A stretch of DNA of 58,736 bases, from positions 1 to 58,736 of the forward strand of contig CALSCP010000932.1 in NCBI GenBank assembly GCA_943704425.1, read 5' to 3'. The notes beneath the pieces are model-generated. The model saw only the letters and a list, made by a program, of their open reading frames with translations. It did no database searches and was not told the origin of the DNA. Below are positions 23,401 to 36,555 of this stretch, one piece after another (position 1 is the first letter of the stretch; every line of letters starts with the position of its first letter). The translations under genes were made by a program, and so were the position numbers. Origin of the DNA: Ministeria vibrans ATCC 50519. Taxonomy: Eukaryota; Protista; Filasterea.

Positions 23401-26114
23401 GCATGCGTGCCGTGGGAAACTCGCGCAGGGTCGGCATGTGCTCGCTCAGCTCCAGCTCGCTCAGAGGCGACTGATACACCAACATGGTAGGTCCCTTGTG
23501 TTCGTTCTGCAGGTCAACCAACAGCGACTGTACCAGACGGAACGCGCCCCGAAAGTCGCGAACCGTGTGCACCGTAAACGACATCGTCTCGGGTACGTCT
23601 GGTGTTACCTGCGACGGCTCCGGCTCGCCCGCCTCCGCTCGCGCCTTCACCAACATCGCCTGGTGTTGGCGCCAGAGAGCTGCGTGCGTACGACGCACGT
23701 TGGGCATGCGGTCCGTGCGATAGGGATCGACATTGATCACGACAGATGTCTTGGCATGGAAAAAGCCCATAACGCCGCGGGTGTCGGCCGCCGAGTGGTA
23801 CAACAGTGCGGTGCGCAGCGCTCCGTCCGCCACATATGCATGGTTCTCAACCATCTGCAGGTCGTCGAGGCAGTAGGGTACGCCCTGACCTGGGTTGCTC
23901 CAGTGTGGCGAGGAGCGACGCACGCCACACACGCTGCCCAGGCGCAAGAGAGCGCGAAACACCAGCGGCACCTTGGTCTCGTAGACCCCCTCAATGTCCG
24001 TGTGCATCAGGAAGGCGCTCAGCTCGCGGCTCTTCTCGAGGTACTGCTTCTCCGGCATGCTAAACTTGTACAAATTGAAGCACGGGTGGGAGCGCGGGAG
24101 AATGCGGTTGACACGCGGCCAGGTGAGCTCGGGGTCGAGTGTGCGCGAGTTGACGTAAAACTCGCGAGGCACATGCAGATCGACGGCGTGCAACATGCCA
24201 TTGGCCATGAGCCACAGACGAAACTCGCCCGGTGTGGGTGTTGCGGCAATCTGCAACAGTTGCCAGGTGTGGCGCACCAGCGCACGAGTCTGACGCTGAA
24301 AAAACGACGTCAACTGCATGGGCACACCCGTGGCCAGACGCGACTTCTTGCCGCCGCGACCGCTCGTGTCCAGCATGCCCACGAGCGTTCCCTTGGCCGC
24401 CGGGTTTATATCGGCGACACCCAGCGTAGCCGGATCAACGCCCATTTCGGCAGCCTTGGCCATGAGGTCGCGACGACGCTTGCGCTCTTCACGCTGCAGA
24501 CGCCACTTCTCCTTCTGATGACGCAACCAGCCCTGGTAGTCGCTCTTCTCGTCGGGTGCCTTGCCCATGTCACGCCACGACTTGACAGGCGTTGGCTCGA
24601 CCGGTGCCGTCTCGCTCGCACTACTCGTTGTGGCTGGTCGTTTGCGACGGCGCGTGACCACGGGTACGTTGGGACGTCGCACCGTTGTCCCAAAGTCCTC
24701 CATGTCGCCCACGTCGACAGGCCGACGCTTCTTCATCATCTTCTTGACGAGTCGCTTGACCGTGCGTCGCACGATCTTGGTCTTCTTGGGCGCCGCTTCC
24801 AACGCAGCACCACCGTCCACAGCATCTGCCGCTTCACCCGCGGGTTGCATGAGATCGTCGTCGCTGTCATTCGCCTCGTCATCCGTAACCTCCACCTCTT
24901 CTTCCACCTCGACCTCTACCTCGACCTCCTCCATCTCAACGTCACAGTCGCCGTCCAAGGCAGCTTCGCCCGGTTCGTCGTCCACCATGTCCTCCTCCTC
25001 TCCATCGACCTCTTGCTCGTCACCCGCTCGACTCGCATTAACGAGGCCCCCAAGCGCTGGTTTTCGCACAAGAAACTCGTCCATACGCTTCTGCTTGAAC
25101 GTATCCAGCTTCTCGGCGAGTCGGCGCAGCAGCCAGTCGGGATGGCGCACGCGCGGCACCGGGTTGCCCACGCGCTGCATGGCCGCGGGAATGGTGACAA
25201 TCTTCTGGACACACGAGGCAAAACGCTCGATGTAGTAGCCCCAGTCGAGGAGATCGCGAATGTCGGGCACAGCATCGCCACCGGTGAGTTTGAGCCAGCG
25301 CAAGAGGTAGTGGCGACGCACTGCGGGCTCGGCGCGGAAAATGGCTGTGGGAATGGTACGCTCGGTGACGGGTGCGCCCTCGGGCTTGCGACTGATGACA
25401 AACTGGCAGGCGAGACCCTTGTCCTTGACCATTTGGTCTCCAAGGAACTCGGCAAGGCGCTTCGCGGTGCTGATGCTCGTGGATTTTTGCTCACCGTAGT
25501 CCTCGAGGGTGCGACTCATGGAGCGATTCTCGGAAATGAGCTCGAAGAGTTCTTCGTCGGCAAGGTCGCGCGCTTGCGAGTAGAGCACGTCAAGCCAGTA
25601 GTTGGCAACGTCGGCGACCTTGGTGTAGCACTCTTCGAGCGTGTCGCCCTTGAGAAACGACTCGAACACCTCCGACTGGAAGATTTTGACAATCTTGAGT
25701 TCGCCGCGACGTTTGATCTCAAAGCCCTTGAGCTCGGCGAGCGAGCCGTCCTCGTTGAAGACGGCATAACGCTTCTTGAGACGCTTGTCCTCCTCCTTGG
25801 ACGCCGGCAAAATCATGGCGCGGTAGGGACCGTCAACTTCAAAGAAGATGCTATTTTCGCTCTTGATGGAGTACCGCAGTTTCTGCGGGTCCGTTGGGTC
25901 CAGGTCTTGGTACTGATGATTGGTGTGCTTCTCGTTGACCATGAGATTGAGCATAGCGCCAGGATAGCTAAATGAACCAAGACGAGTCAGACATGAGTGT
26001 GAGTGTGTGTGAGTAAATTTAATAATAAAATAAAATAAAAATTATTATTATTATTATTATTATTATAATATTATTAAAAATAATTTATTATTATTATTAT
26101 AATTATTTTTATTA

Positions 26115-26179
<65 letters not shown>

Positions 26180-29100
26180 ATTATTATTATTATTATTATT
26201 ATTATTATCAATTTCTATTATTATTATGTGTGTGTGTGTGCTAGTGAATAAACTTATATAGCTCACCTCAAGACAAACTTCTTCTTCTTGCCGTCTGACG
26301 TGTGCATCTCGTAGTTCTCCGGGAATGAGCCGGGCAGCATGCACCAGATTCCGTCCGTGTCGAGTTCGAGTGCCCGTCCAATCTGCTCGACAAGGATGCG
26401 CGCCTCCTTGATAATGTTGGCACCCGTATGGCACACAATGCCCGCCATCTCCATGCTGTACCAGCGAGCACCACGTCGCATCACATAGCCGTAGAACGAG
26501 TTGACTACGAAAACAAACAAACAGGAGGGGTAAGCAAAGGATTGTCATGGTGTCAAGTTCAACAGCTTACGAATGCACTTGTGAGCGAGCTGAAGTGAAT
26601 CGTAAAGAACCACCATGTTGAGGGCCTTTTGGCGCTCGACCATGGACTCACAGGCGTCCACCTTGCGCTTCCAGGTCTTGAGCAACGCCTTGAACTCGTA
26701 GCGACGGTCGCGAAAGGCGCGCACCGTGTCCACGTAGAAAGGGTTCTCGCGCATGCACACGGTAGACTCGCGTTCTTCCACCTTGGTCTCGCGCGTCTTC
26801 TTGTAAACCTTGCGACAGTAATCACCAAGACGCTTCTTGAGCAACGTCGACTGATCCTCGAGCGAGAGCTCTTGAAACATGCGCGAGGGCAAGCCGGGCG
26901 AGGCGCCTGGCACACGCTCCGACTCGAGCTGCATCTTGATCATTTCGTACTCGTTGCGACGTGCCGGGAGGTATTCGCCGCGCCAAGACCACTGGAGTTT
27001 GCGCTGGCACTGTGACTCGGGTCGGTTGAAGTCGCAGGCGGCGCATGTAGCCTCGTCGACGACTGACGAGGGCTGCAGACGATTCGTCAGGATGATGTTG
27101 GGGTACATGGCGCTCACATCAAGATGGTAGATGAGCGGCTCCTCCAGACGAAAGGGCGTGTCGCGCAGCTGTTCGAGTGTCTCCACAATTGAGTCGCGCA
27201 CCTCATTAAAGTTGGTGACGAGGTCCGGATCGACGTTGGCCTCGTGACGGATCTCGTGGCGCAGCGTGGGCTCGACACGATCAATGAGGTCTTGAAAAGC
27301 TTGCGGCACAAGACGGAACTGGTACTTAAGGTCGGAGCGAAACACACCAGACTCGAGCGCCTCGACGTGACCGCCCACGTACGTCTCAACATCGAGCAAG
27401 TGACCCTTGTACATAGAGCCGTGCTTTTGCTCCTGCTTGTTCGGCATGACAATCTCCGCCTTGAACGACTCGACCATAAGCAGTGTCTCACAGAGAGTGC
27501 CCGAGCCCTTGCGCAGCACCTCATCGGGCTCCATGGGAATAATGGTGCACAGCGCAAAGATGAAGGGGTGCACGTATTTCATGTAGAGGTAGTAGGTGGC
27601 GACGGCGTCGGACACGGAATAGTTGGACATGACCTAAAAAAGATGATAAACAAGATTTCTCCGTCATTTTGTTCTAATCTCTTGCAATTCCTTTCCATCT
27701 CCATTTCTTTCTTTTCTCCTCTCCAATATCTCTTTCTCTCTGTTTCACTTTGATTCTTTCTCTTCTTTCACTTCGATTCTTTTGTCCCTCGTTCACGTTG
27801 ATTCTTTCTCCCTCTCTCTTTGCTTCGTACCTGAGGCTGCTCAGAGGCCATGCGACACATCTCTTCGGGGTCAATTTCCAGGGGGTTGTAGCCGAGCTTG
27901 GCCTTGGTGACGGCCTTGAGGCCCTGGGAGCCCTGGGGCAGGTAAGAGTCGCGCTTGACCCAGCGGTAGGCGTCCATGTGACTGGCGTGGCGCGCCTTGT
28001 ACTCGTTTTGGTTGTCCTTGGCAAAACCAATCTCGTCAGCCATGCTGATGCCGTGCATTTCGGCGCGTTGCTCGACAAAGGGCCAATCGAAGAAATCGCC
28101 GTTGAAGGTGACAAAGATGGACGGGCGTGTCTGAACTATGTGTTCAAAGAAGCGCTCGAGCAGCGCCCGCTCATTGGGCTCGTTGAACACAATGAAGGGC
28201 CCTTCGTACTCGGGTTTCGGTGTGTACTCAAAGTCATCAACGTCCGCCGAGATGACTTCCCGGTTCGTAATCAGGTAGCCTACAAACAAGACACACAACG
28301 CACAAAGGCATAAAATAAAGCAACAAACGGGAGTGACCGTGGCGGTGCTAGGAAAAGCACAGGAGGAAACAGTACCTTGCCGATCAATCATGTACGAAAT
28401 CATCATAATGCTGTCAATCTTGGCATCGGGAAACTTGAGGGGCAGTTTGGTCGTCTCAATGTCAAAGGCAAAGACGACTGGATCAGGACGCTCGAGCAGG
28501 TCGGGACGATGCGTAATAAAAGTGTCGGTACCCGTGGATCGCACATCGTACCATAAACCTAACGGAAAAGTCGAGGAAAGAGAGAGAGAGAGAAAGGAGA
28601 GTTTGAGTCAAGGGAAGAGTGTAATTGGTGTGCACAAACATAGTTAATAAACAAAACACAAAAACAAAACAAAACAAAGTGCTTACCGACGTTGATTTGG
28701 TTGTCAATAGCGACGCGAATGTGATAGGGGACATCGTACTCACGGATGTCGGTGATGGAATCGAGCACATCGCCCTTGGTGGGCCCGGTGGTGGCGCGTG
28801 TGGCAGTGAAGTCGGTGTAGGCACTGGCGCCGCCCGCTGTGAACATGGCCGTGTGGGTGGTGCTTGCTGTGCTCTCTTTGGCACGTGCAGCGTTTTTTCG
28901 TACGGCGGTCAAAATGGGCTTGCGGACCTGGTCAAAGAAGAAAAACAAAAAAGAGAAGAGTGACAAGGTCAATTAAGAGCGAGAGGGAGTGTGTGTTACC
29001 CTGAGAAGATCGGACACATTGATGAATTTGAGTTTGAGATAGAGTTGGCGGATTCCAATGAGATGATTTTTCTACGAGAGGGAAATGTGTAACAATGAGC

Positions 29101-30157
29101 AAAGAATACGGCGTGTACTGGTTCGCACCAAGTCGAGATCTTCGCGGGGACAGTGTTCAACATCGACTAGGACACCTTCGTACTTGCGTCGAAGGTATTG
29201 CTCCACCTCAATCTCCGTTCCCTCCTACAAAGGTACAAGGATGAGCATTTAAACAACATCAAGATCAAGATCGAGATCGAGATCAAGAGAGATAGGGCGT
29301 ATGTACCTTGACGGAAATGTAAAAGTACGGCTGATAGACAAGGGTTGCTTTGAACCGACCACCATCCTACAAATGAATGTCTATTCAGCACTGTGTTGCA
29401 CTGCGAACACTGTCGCACCTCTTGCATAAAGTAAAAGTCAATGGAGCTGCGAGCGACACGTGAACGGTCAAGGGCGGTCACACCTGGCTTCATGTTGATG
29501 AGCCAGCCCAAACGCGTCTTGACACACACACACACAGAACGACAAAGAGTGAGTTTTGGGTCGTTCAGTGTGTGGCTCTTACTTCGCCGTCGCGGTGGCG
29601 CTCGTAGCCAAACTTGGAGTCCATGTTGTCGTCAAGCTCCTGCCGGGTCAGGGCAATCTCGGCTTTGGTGGCGCGTTCGGCGTCAGCGGCACTGGGAAAG
29701 AACAAGAACGAAACACGTCAGTACGCACGCTGATGGGTGCAGGCGAGACGGAGCAGCCGCCGGGCGAGGAGCGCAATATGCACAAGCACGGGTCAGACGG
29801 GCGAGAGGGGACGCGCATGCGCAGCAGAGTAATGTTGTCAAAATCTGCTCAAGCGAAAAAAAAAAAAACGAAATTTGGCGCGTAATGCTCAAAGACTGAA
29901 AAATGTGGAATGTGGACAGAAAAGCATGCCGTTGACGGCAGAAACCCGTATGGGGGTGTTGGTAAAGACGGCTGAGGCGGGCTAGGGGCGCCGGGTGTGC
30001 GGCGAATGAGGATAATTCGGTGAGCGTACTTCTCGCCACTTTCGTCGGGGTTGAAGAAGGCGCCACGGACTTTCCCGCCTCCTTTCCCCCCGCCGGAATA
30101 CGAGGCAGAGCTGCCGTCCTTGCGGTAGTTCCGCTCGTTGCGGTTTAGACGGCTCAT
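20411..30157 (-). CDS. POLE: DNA polymerase epsilon catalytic subunit, multi-exon
   Basis: Exonuclease [14 protein letters not shown], polymerase motifs [13 protein letters not shown] and [20 protein letters not shown], an inactive C-terminal pol-like half, and C-terminal Cys motifs. Confidence 0.97.
26041..26226. repeat. (TTA)n microsatellite in a POLE intron
   Basis: Directly visible in the sequence. Confidence 0.95.
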
Positions 30158-30439
30158 TCGACGACTCAGCAAATAACAATAAAAATAATTGAAAAGAGAA
30201 ACACAAGAATAATAATAATAATAATTTTTATTCATAATAATTATGATTAGTTTTATTATTATGATATTTTTTTGTTCTTATTATTATTTTATCACGTCGT
30301 TTCGTTTATGATTGATAATATTTATAATAAAGTAATTAAATTTGCTTCTATTAATATAATACAGAGCTTTATTGATTCGGATTGTCAACGTCAACAACTT
30401 CGGCAAATGGCTGCAACTAAAAGGGGGAGGGTGCAAGTG

Positions 30440-32197
30440 TCACTGTGTCAATGAAGCGAGAAGAGTATTGGTTTTGCGTACGGGACAATTGGCATCGGTG
30501 CGCAACATAGCCTCAAAATTATCATCATCGGATTCGACATTCTCAACAGAGCCCGCCTCGCAGTCGTGGAGGGTCGGAGAGACAGCGGGCGTGAGGCGTT
30601 TTGCGCGGCGGGTGAGTGTTGCACCTACGCGCGTGGTGGTGGCTGTGGTGACAAAGGAATGGGTACCGCTCGTGTCGAGTGGACGTGCAGAGGTATCTGC
30701 AGCAGCAGCGGCAGCAGCAGCAGCAGCAGCAGCAGTAGCAGTAGCAGAGCGAGGAGCACGCACGGGAGCCGGCTCAACTGACCTGAGGACCACTTTGCAC
30801 TGCGCCAACAGCTTCTTCTTCAGGCTCTCTTCATTCAAGGAGGTAATGTGACTCTCGACGAAAATTAGCACAATGTCGGACTCGATGTAGTCACGAAAGA
30901 CCTGCTCGAGCTCGCGTTTAAGCTTCTTCTCTTTCTTGGATAGTCCGTCATTCTCCTGGTCGAGCAGCTGATGCTTGAGCTGCACAATCGAGCGCAATGC
31001 TGTGTTGATGGCGACGGTCCACGCAACACTCTTGGGCAGTGCTACGTAACGACACACACAACAAAGTGACCGTCAGTATATCAACATCATTCATCCAAAT
31101 CATAGCTCGTTACGTTTTTTCTTGTGCTTCGGCGCTTCAAACTGGTCGAGAGAGTCGGACTCGGAGGGCACGGGATGGGGCGCCAGGGCAACGCGGAGGG
31201 CCTCTTCGGCGTGGGCGAGGTTCCGGCGGATGGGCTTGCACAGCGCGCTGGCAAGGAGACGGCGCAAGAGGCTCTTGAGCAGAATGGAGTTGCCGTAGTC
31301 GAGCGTGTCGGCAAGACGCACATGGATGGCGTTCTTCTGAGCGTCACTAAGATCGCTCAAGGCGGAATGGCACGCAAGGGCAACCCGCTCGACGGCCGGC
31401 TCAAGTGTCTCGGGACACGTGTTGGACTGCGGCCATCCCTCGGGGAACGTATCGCGCTTTTCTTGTTCCAATGACGTAAGTTCCATCACGACACTCTCGG
31501 GCAGTGAGACGGCAAGCGCCTCTTCCAACTCCGCCTTCTTGTTCTTGCTTCCACCCTTCTTCTTCTTGTCCTCTTCGCCCTTGTGCTTCTTCGCTGCATT
31601 CCCACCACTACCACTGCCACTACTCCCATCCGCCGCGCCACCACCCCCACCATTGCCACTTGGCCCACCCTTGGTTGCCGATAGGTCGTCGGTGTCTGCC
31701 TTGCGTTTCAAACCACGCTTCTTCTCGCCGGCCCCCGCATTGCTGCGGCTCTTGCCGCTACGCTTCGCTGCACCACTGACGCCACTGCCGCCAACCACTT
31801 CGACACGGCCACGATAGACAAAGAAACCACTCTCTTTGGTCATGGCGGCTCCCTCGGGCAACGTCAACTGGTCGTGATTGTCACTGTCGTCGATCCATGG
31901 GTCATTGTAGTCGTACTCATCGTCGCGTCGCCTGCGCCCTCGTGCCTTCCCCTTCTCCTTCACCTATAAACAAAAAAGATGAAGAAAAAACACAATAAAA
32001 ATGTAAGAGGTTCCGCTTGTTGGATGTGTTGCAGGGCAAACCTCAAGGAGCGCGGCTTTTTCACGTTCGCGCGCCTGGATCGAATCGATGACACCGGCCA
32101 GACCCGATGGAAGCCCAACAAGTGGCTCGTCGTCGTCGTCGTCTTCGTCGTCGTCGTCTTCGTCATCATCATTATCATCATCATCATCATCATCATT

Positions 32198-32237
<40 letters not shown>

Positions 32238-32821
32238 CCATCATCATCATCGTTGTCGGCGTTGTGCTCGTCGTGTTTACGACTCGTTTTGGATCGGAAC
32301 GTACGAAAGAGCAGGATTGAGCCTGGCTGCAGTGTTTGCAACGACAACTCCAACCGTTTCGTTTGCGCTTTGCGTTTCTTGCGTCCCCGTTCACCTTCGT
32401 CGCTCACCACCTCGTCCTCTGCATTGACATCTCCATCCTCCTCCTCCTCCTCCTCCTCTTCGTCCTCGTCGTCATCGTCCTCTTGGTCGTTGTCGTCTCC
32501 CTCCCTCTCCTCCTCCTCCTCCTCCTCTTCGTCCTCGTCGTCGTCGTCGTCGTTCGCACCCCGCCCATCCCCATTGCCGACGCTCTTCGCCCCCGAGGCA
32601 GGCTGAGCCCCAGCAGGCCGCCGTCCCTTGGCTCGATCGACCGCAACAACGTCCGAGCCACTCGATTCGCCGCTGCTGCTGCTACTCCCACTTCCACCCT
32701 CGTCGCCGTCGTCCTCGTACGCCTCTGGCGCGTTCGTTATGTCATACGACGCGTCCGTACTATCGTCAGAAACAATCATTGGAGTGGCACAGGCGGCGAC
32801 GGCTGCCCTTCGCTTGGACAT
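30440..32821 (-). CDS. Ubinuclein/HPC2-like HIRA-complex subunit (HUN/HRD domain) with acidic tracts
   Basis: DEYDYNDPWIDDSD...GFFVYRG matches the HPC2-related domain; long poly-D/E tracts; GT-AG introns. Confidence 0.75.
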
Positions 32822-33088
32822 TGATGCAGTGCCGAAATAATTTAATTAATATAGTTTCGACTTTCGCTCAAGTCAAATGGCAAACAGTTGTGTGCGACAG
32901 TAAAAGTGGAAAGCCGTCACTGATAATCTGAAACGACATTCGGACAATAGTTGATCAATATACGCCGATTAGTCAACACTTTGGGGAAAATACACGACGA
33001 GCGCTAGTACACAATTGTCGATTGTGAGAGGATAATTATAATGAGGCAAATAGAAGAATAATAATTACAAAGAGTGTCTCTAAATCAT

Positions 33089-34210
33089 TTAGATGGCCGC
33101 CTCGGCAATGGGATTGGCATGGATTGTGACAGCGCGGATGCGCACGGGCTTGAGAGGTCGATGGCGCTCGTCGACGGGCGAACGTTCGAAAAAGTCAAGG
33201 ATGTCAAGGCCATCAATGATGCTACGCAAACAACGGTAGTGAGTGTCGATGGACGGGTCAGCGTGACTCTACCGGCCAAACACGGTATTTTTTCCGTCTA
33301 GATGTGGCTGCTTGGCATAGGTAAAGAAAAACTGCGATCCATTCGTGTTGGGTCCACTGTTGGCCATTGAAAGTACGCCCCGGCCCGAGTGCTGAACGCA
33401 ATAAAGTTATCATTAATAATTATTCTTCTTATTATTAAAATCATTATGAGGTGTTTTTTGGGGACGTACTTTCAGTCCTGCATTGAATTCATCGTCAAAC
33501 TTCTTGCTATAGATACTCTGACCGCCTTTCCCTGTGCCCGTGGGATCGCCCGTTTGCAAAATGAACCCTTTAATGTTTCTGGACGAGAGAGAAGCGAGAA
33601 AGGAGAGAGAAAGGAGGAAGAAAGTAACAAGTAATGAGAGTGAGAGAGAATCAAGAGACACAAAGTGATATGAGAGAAAAGAGAAAGGGAGTCAAAGTGT
33701 GTGTCAGGGAGAGAAAGAGGAACAAAGCGATGAACGTGAGAGAAAGGGAAAGAAAGTGATGAGAGTGAGAGGGAGAGAGACGAAGTGATGAGAGTGAGAG
33801 AGGGAGAAAGAGAACCAAAGAGAGAGAGAGAGTGTGTGTGTGAGAGAGAGAGATAGAGGAAACAAAGTGATGAGACATTTCATCGCAATCACAAGATGTG
33901 ACTATCATTGAGACATTTGTCTGAGGATCGTATGGTACACTGAAAGAAACAAAATCCGGTGGGTACAGAGGTCGTATGGGCGAGAAAGGGAGTGTGGAGA
34001 GAAGAGGAGAAAGGGAGTGCAAAGCAGAACGAACCTGTGAAACTCACAACCGTCGTAGTAGTGGCTGGCGCACAGAGCCAGGAAGTTCTCGCATGCCTTG
34101 GGTGCCTGATCGCAATGCAGCTCTACTTTGACATCGCCGTATTCGGTGTGTAATGTCACGCTCTAAGAGAAAACGATCAACGCACACTCTGCGACGTCGA
34201 ACGATACCAT
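33089..34210 (-). CDS. PPIL3: Cyclophilin-type peptidyl-prolyl isomerase, PPIL3-like
   Basis: ATG-only first exon, then [72 protein letters not shown] and TIHANPIA. Confidence 0.9.
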
Positions 34211-35414
34211 TTCTTGAATAGCACACTGTGCCACACTGATCGCAAGCGCACACCCAGTCAATCAACAAAGACCGTAGAGTCTAGATGGTATACGAAAAGA
34301 ATTCAAATGTAATTCGTAATCTTAATGTGCCGTTGATCTCTCACTCGTCACAAAGGTGTTTCAGTTGACAACTGACATCCCACGCTGCACACCCGCACTG
34401 AACTACTACACACTATTACTCTACGTACTAACAACTAGGTACTAAATATCGAGTACTGAGTCATTCTTTTCAGTCGTGCGTCATACGCTCGTCATTCGAT
34501 CAGTATTCGATCATCAGTTCGTCAGCCAAAAAAGTCGATCGCGATTCTCAGCTAAAATATCGAATAGAAATTCCCAAATCGACCTTTTTTTTTTCTCTTT
34601 TTAAAAAGTAAGTTGTCCTAATAGTTTCCTCCCCGCCTTCATTTGCACACCTGCATCCCTTCTTGTACCGACACGTCGCGGCGCAACGAATTTATCGTTT
34701 GAGCAATAATTTTTTTTCTTCGCGAAAACTCGTCCAAATCTGCTCAATCGGATCTGTTGGAGCACTGCCGTTGCTACTGTGTTGGCACACACCATTGGTG
34801 CTTGTCGGATCCACTGCGACCGGCTCGCTCCGCATGCGCCATCATGTCTTTCCGACATGCAAACAAAAAACGTCACAAAAAAAAAACGCGCGTCAGCAAA
34901 AGATCGGCACGTACGCAAGCTTAATGATGGCGCTGTGTGGCACAGTCCACATCTGTGCATCGTCGGCCCACGCTGCAAGCAACGTCGTTGTTTGATGCTC
35001 CTGCGTTTTGCGGTGGATGGCTCAAGAAAGAAAAAAAAATTTTTTTTTGTTGACACACCCAAACAATAAAAAAAAGCGTCTTTCGCGATCGTTTTCGACG
35101 TGCTCTTTCGTTCTATTGAACCAATGCATGAACGGCGTCTGCGATCCTGCTTACGATGCAGCGTTTCAAGTGGTCTATTGGCTGGTCACACGCGCCGCGT
35201 TGTCATTGGTGTATCACCAAACCCCTCTTTTTTTGTCATTTCGCGTCCAATACGCCTGCTGGGCACTTGTACTGCGCGTACTAGCCAACCTACACTTCTT
35301 ATTTTCTCGTCGTCTGTCTGTTTTTCGACCTTTGCACGACTTGATTATTTTTTGTTTACTCATTTTTTTTTCTTTTTTTATCGCAGAACAAACCCCCCAA
35401 AAACCTATCTCAAG

Positions 35415-36404
<990 letters not shown>

Positions 36405-36410
36405 NNNNNN

Positions 36411-36518
<108 letters not shown>

Positions 36519-36555
36519 GTCTCTGTCTCTCTATCTTTCTCTCGCATAAGCCTCT

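Noticed and set aside
23438-25975. 845-aa plus-strand ORF, and similar long antisense/alternate-frame ORFs over the EGF gene, actin and myosin
   Set aside because: These are shadow ORFs caused by GC-rich codon bias of the real genes; they carry no motifs.
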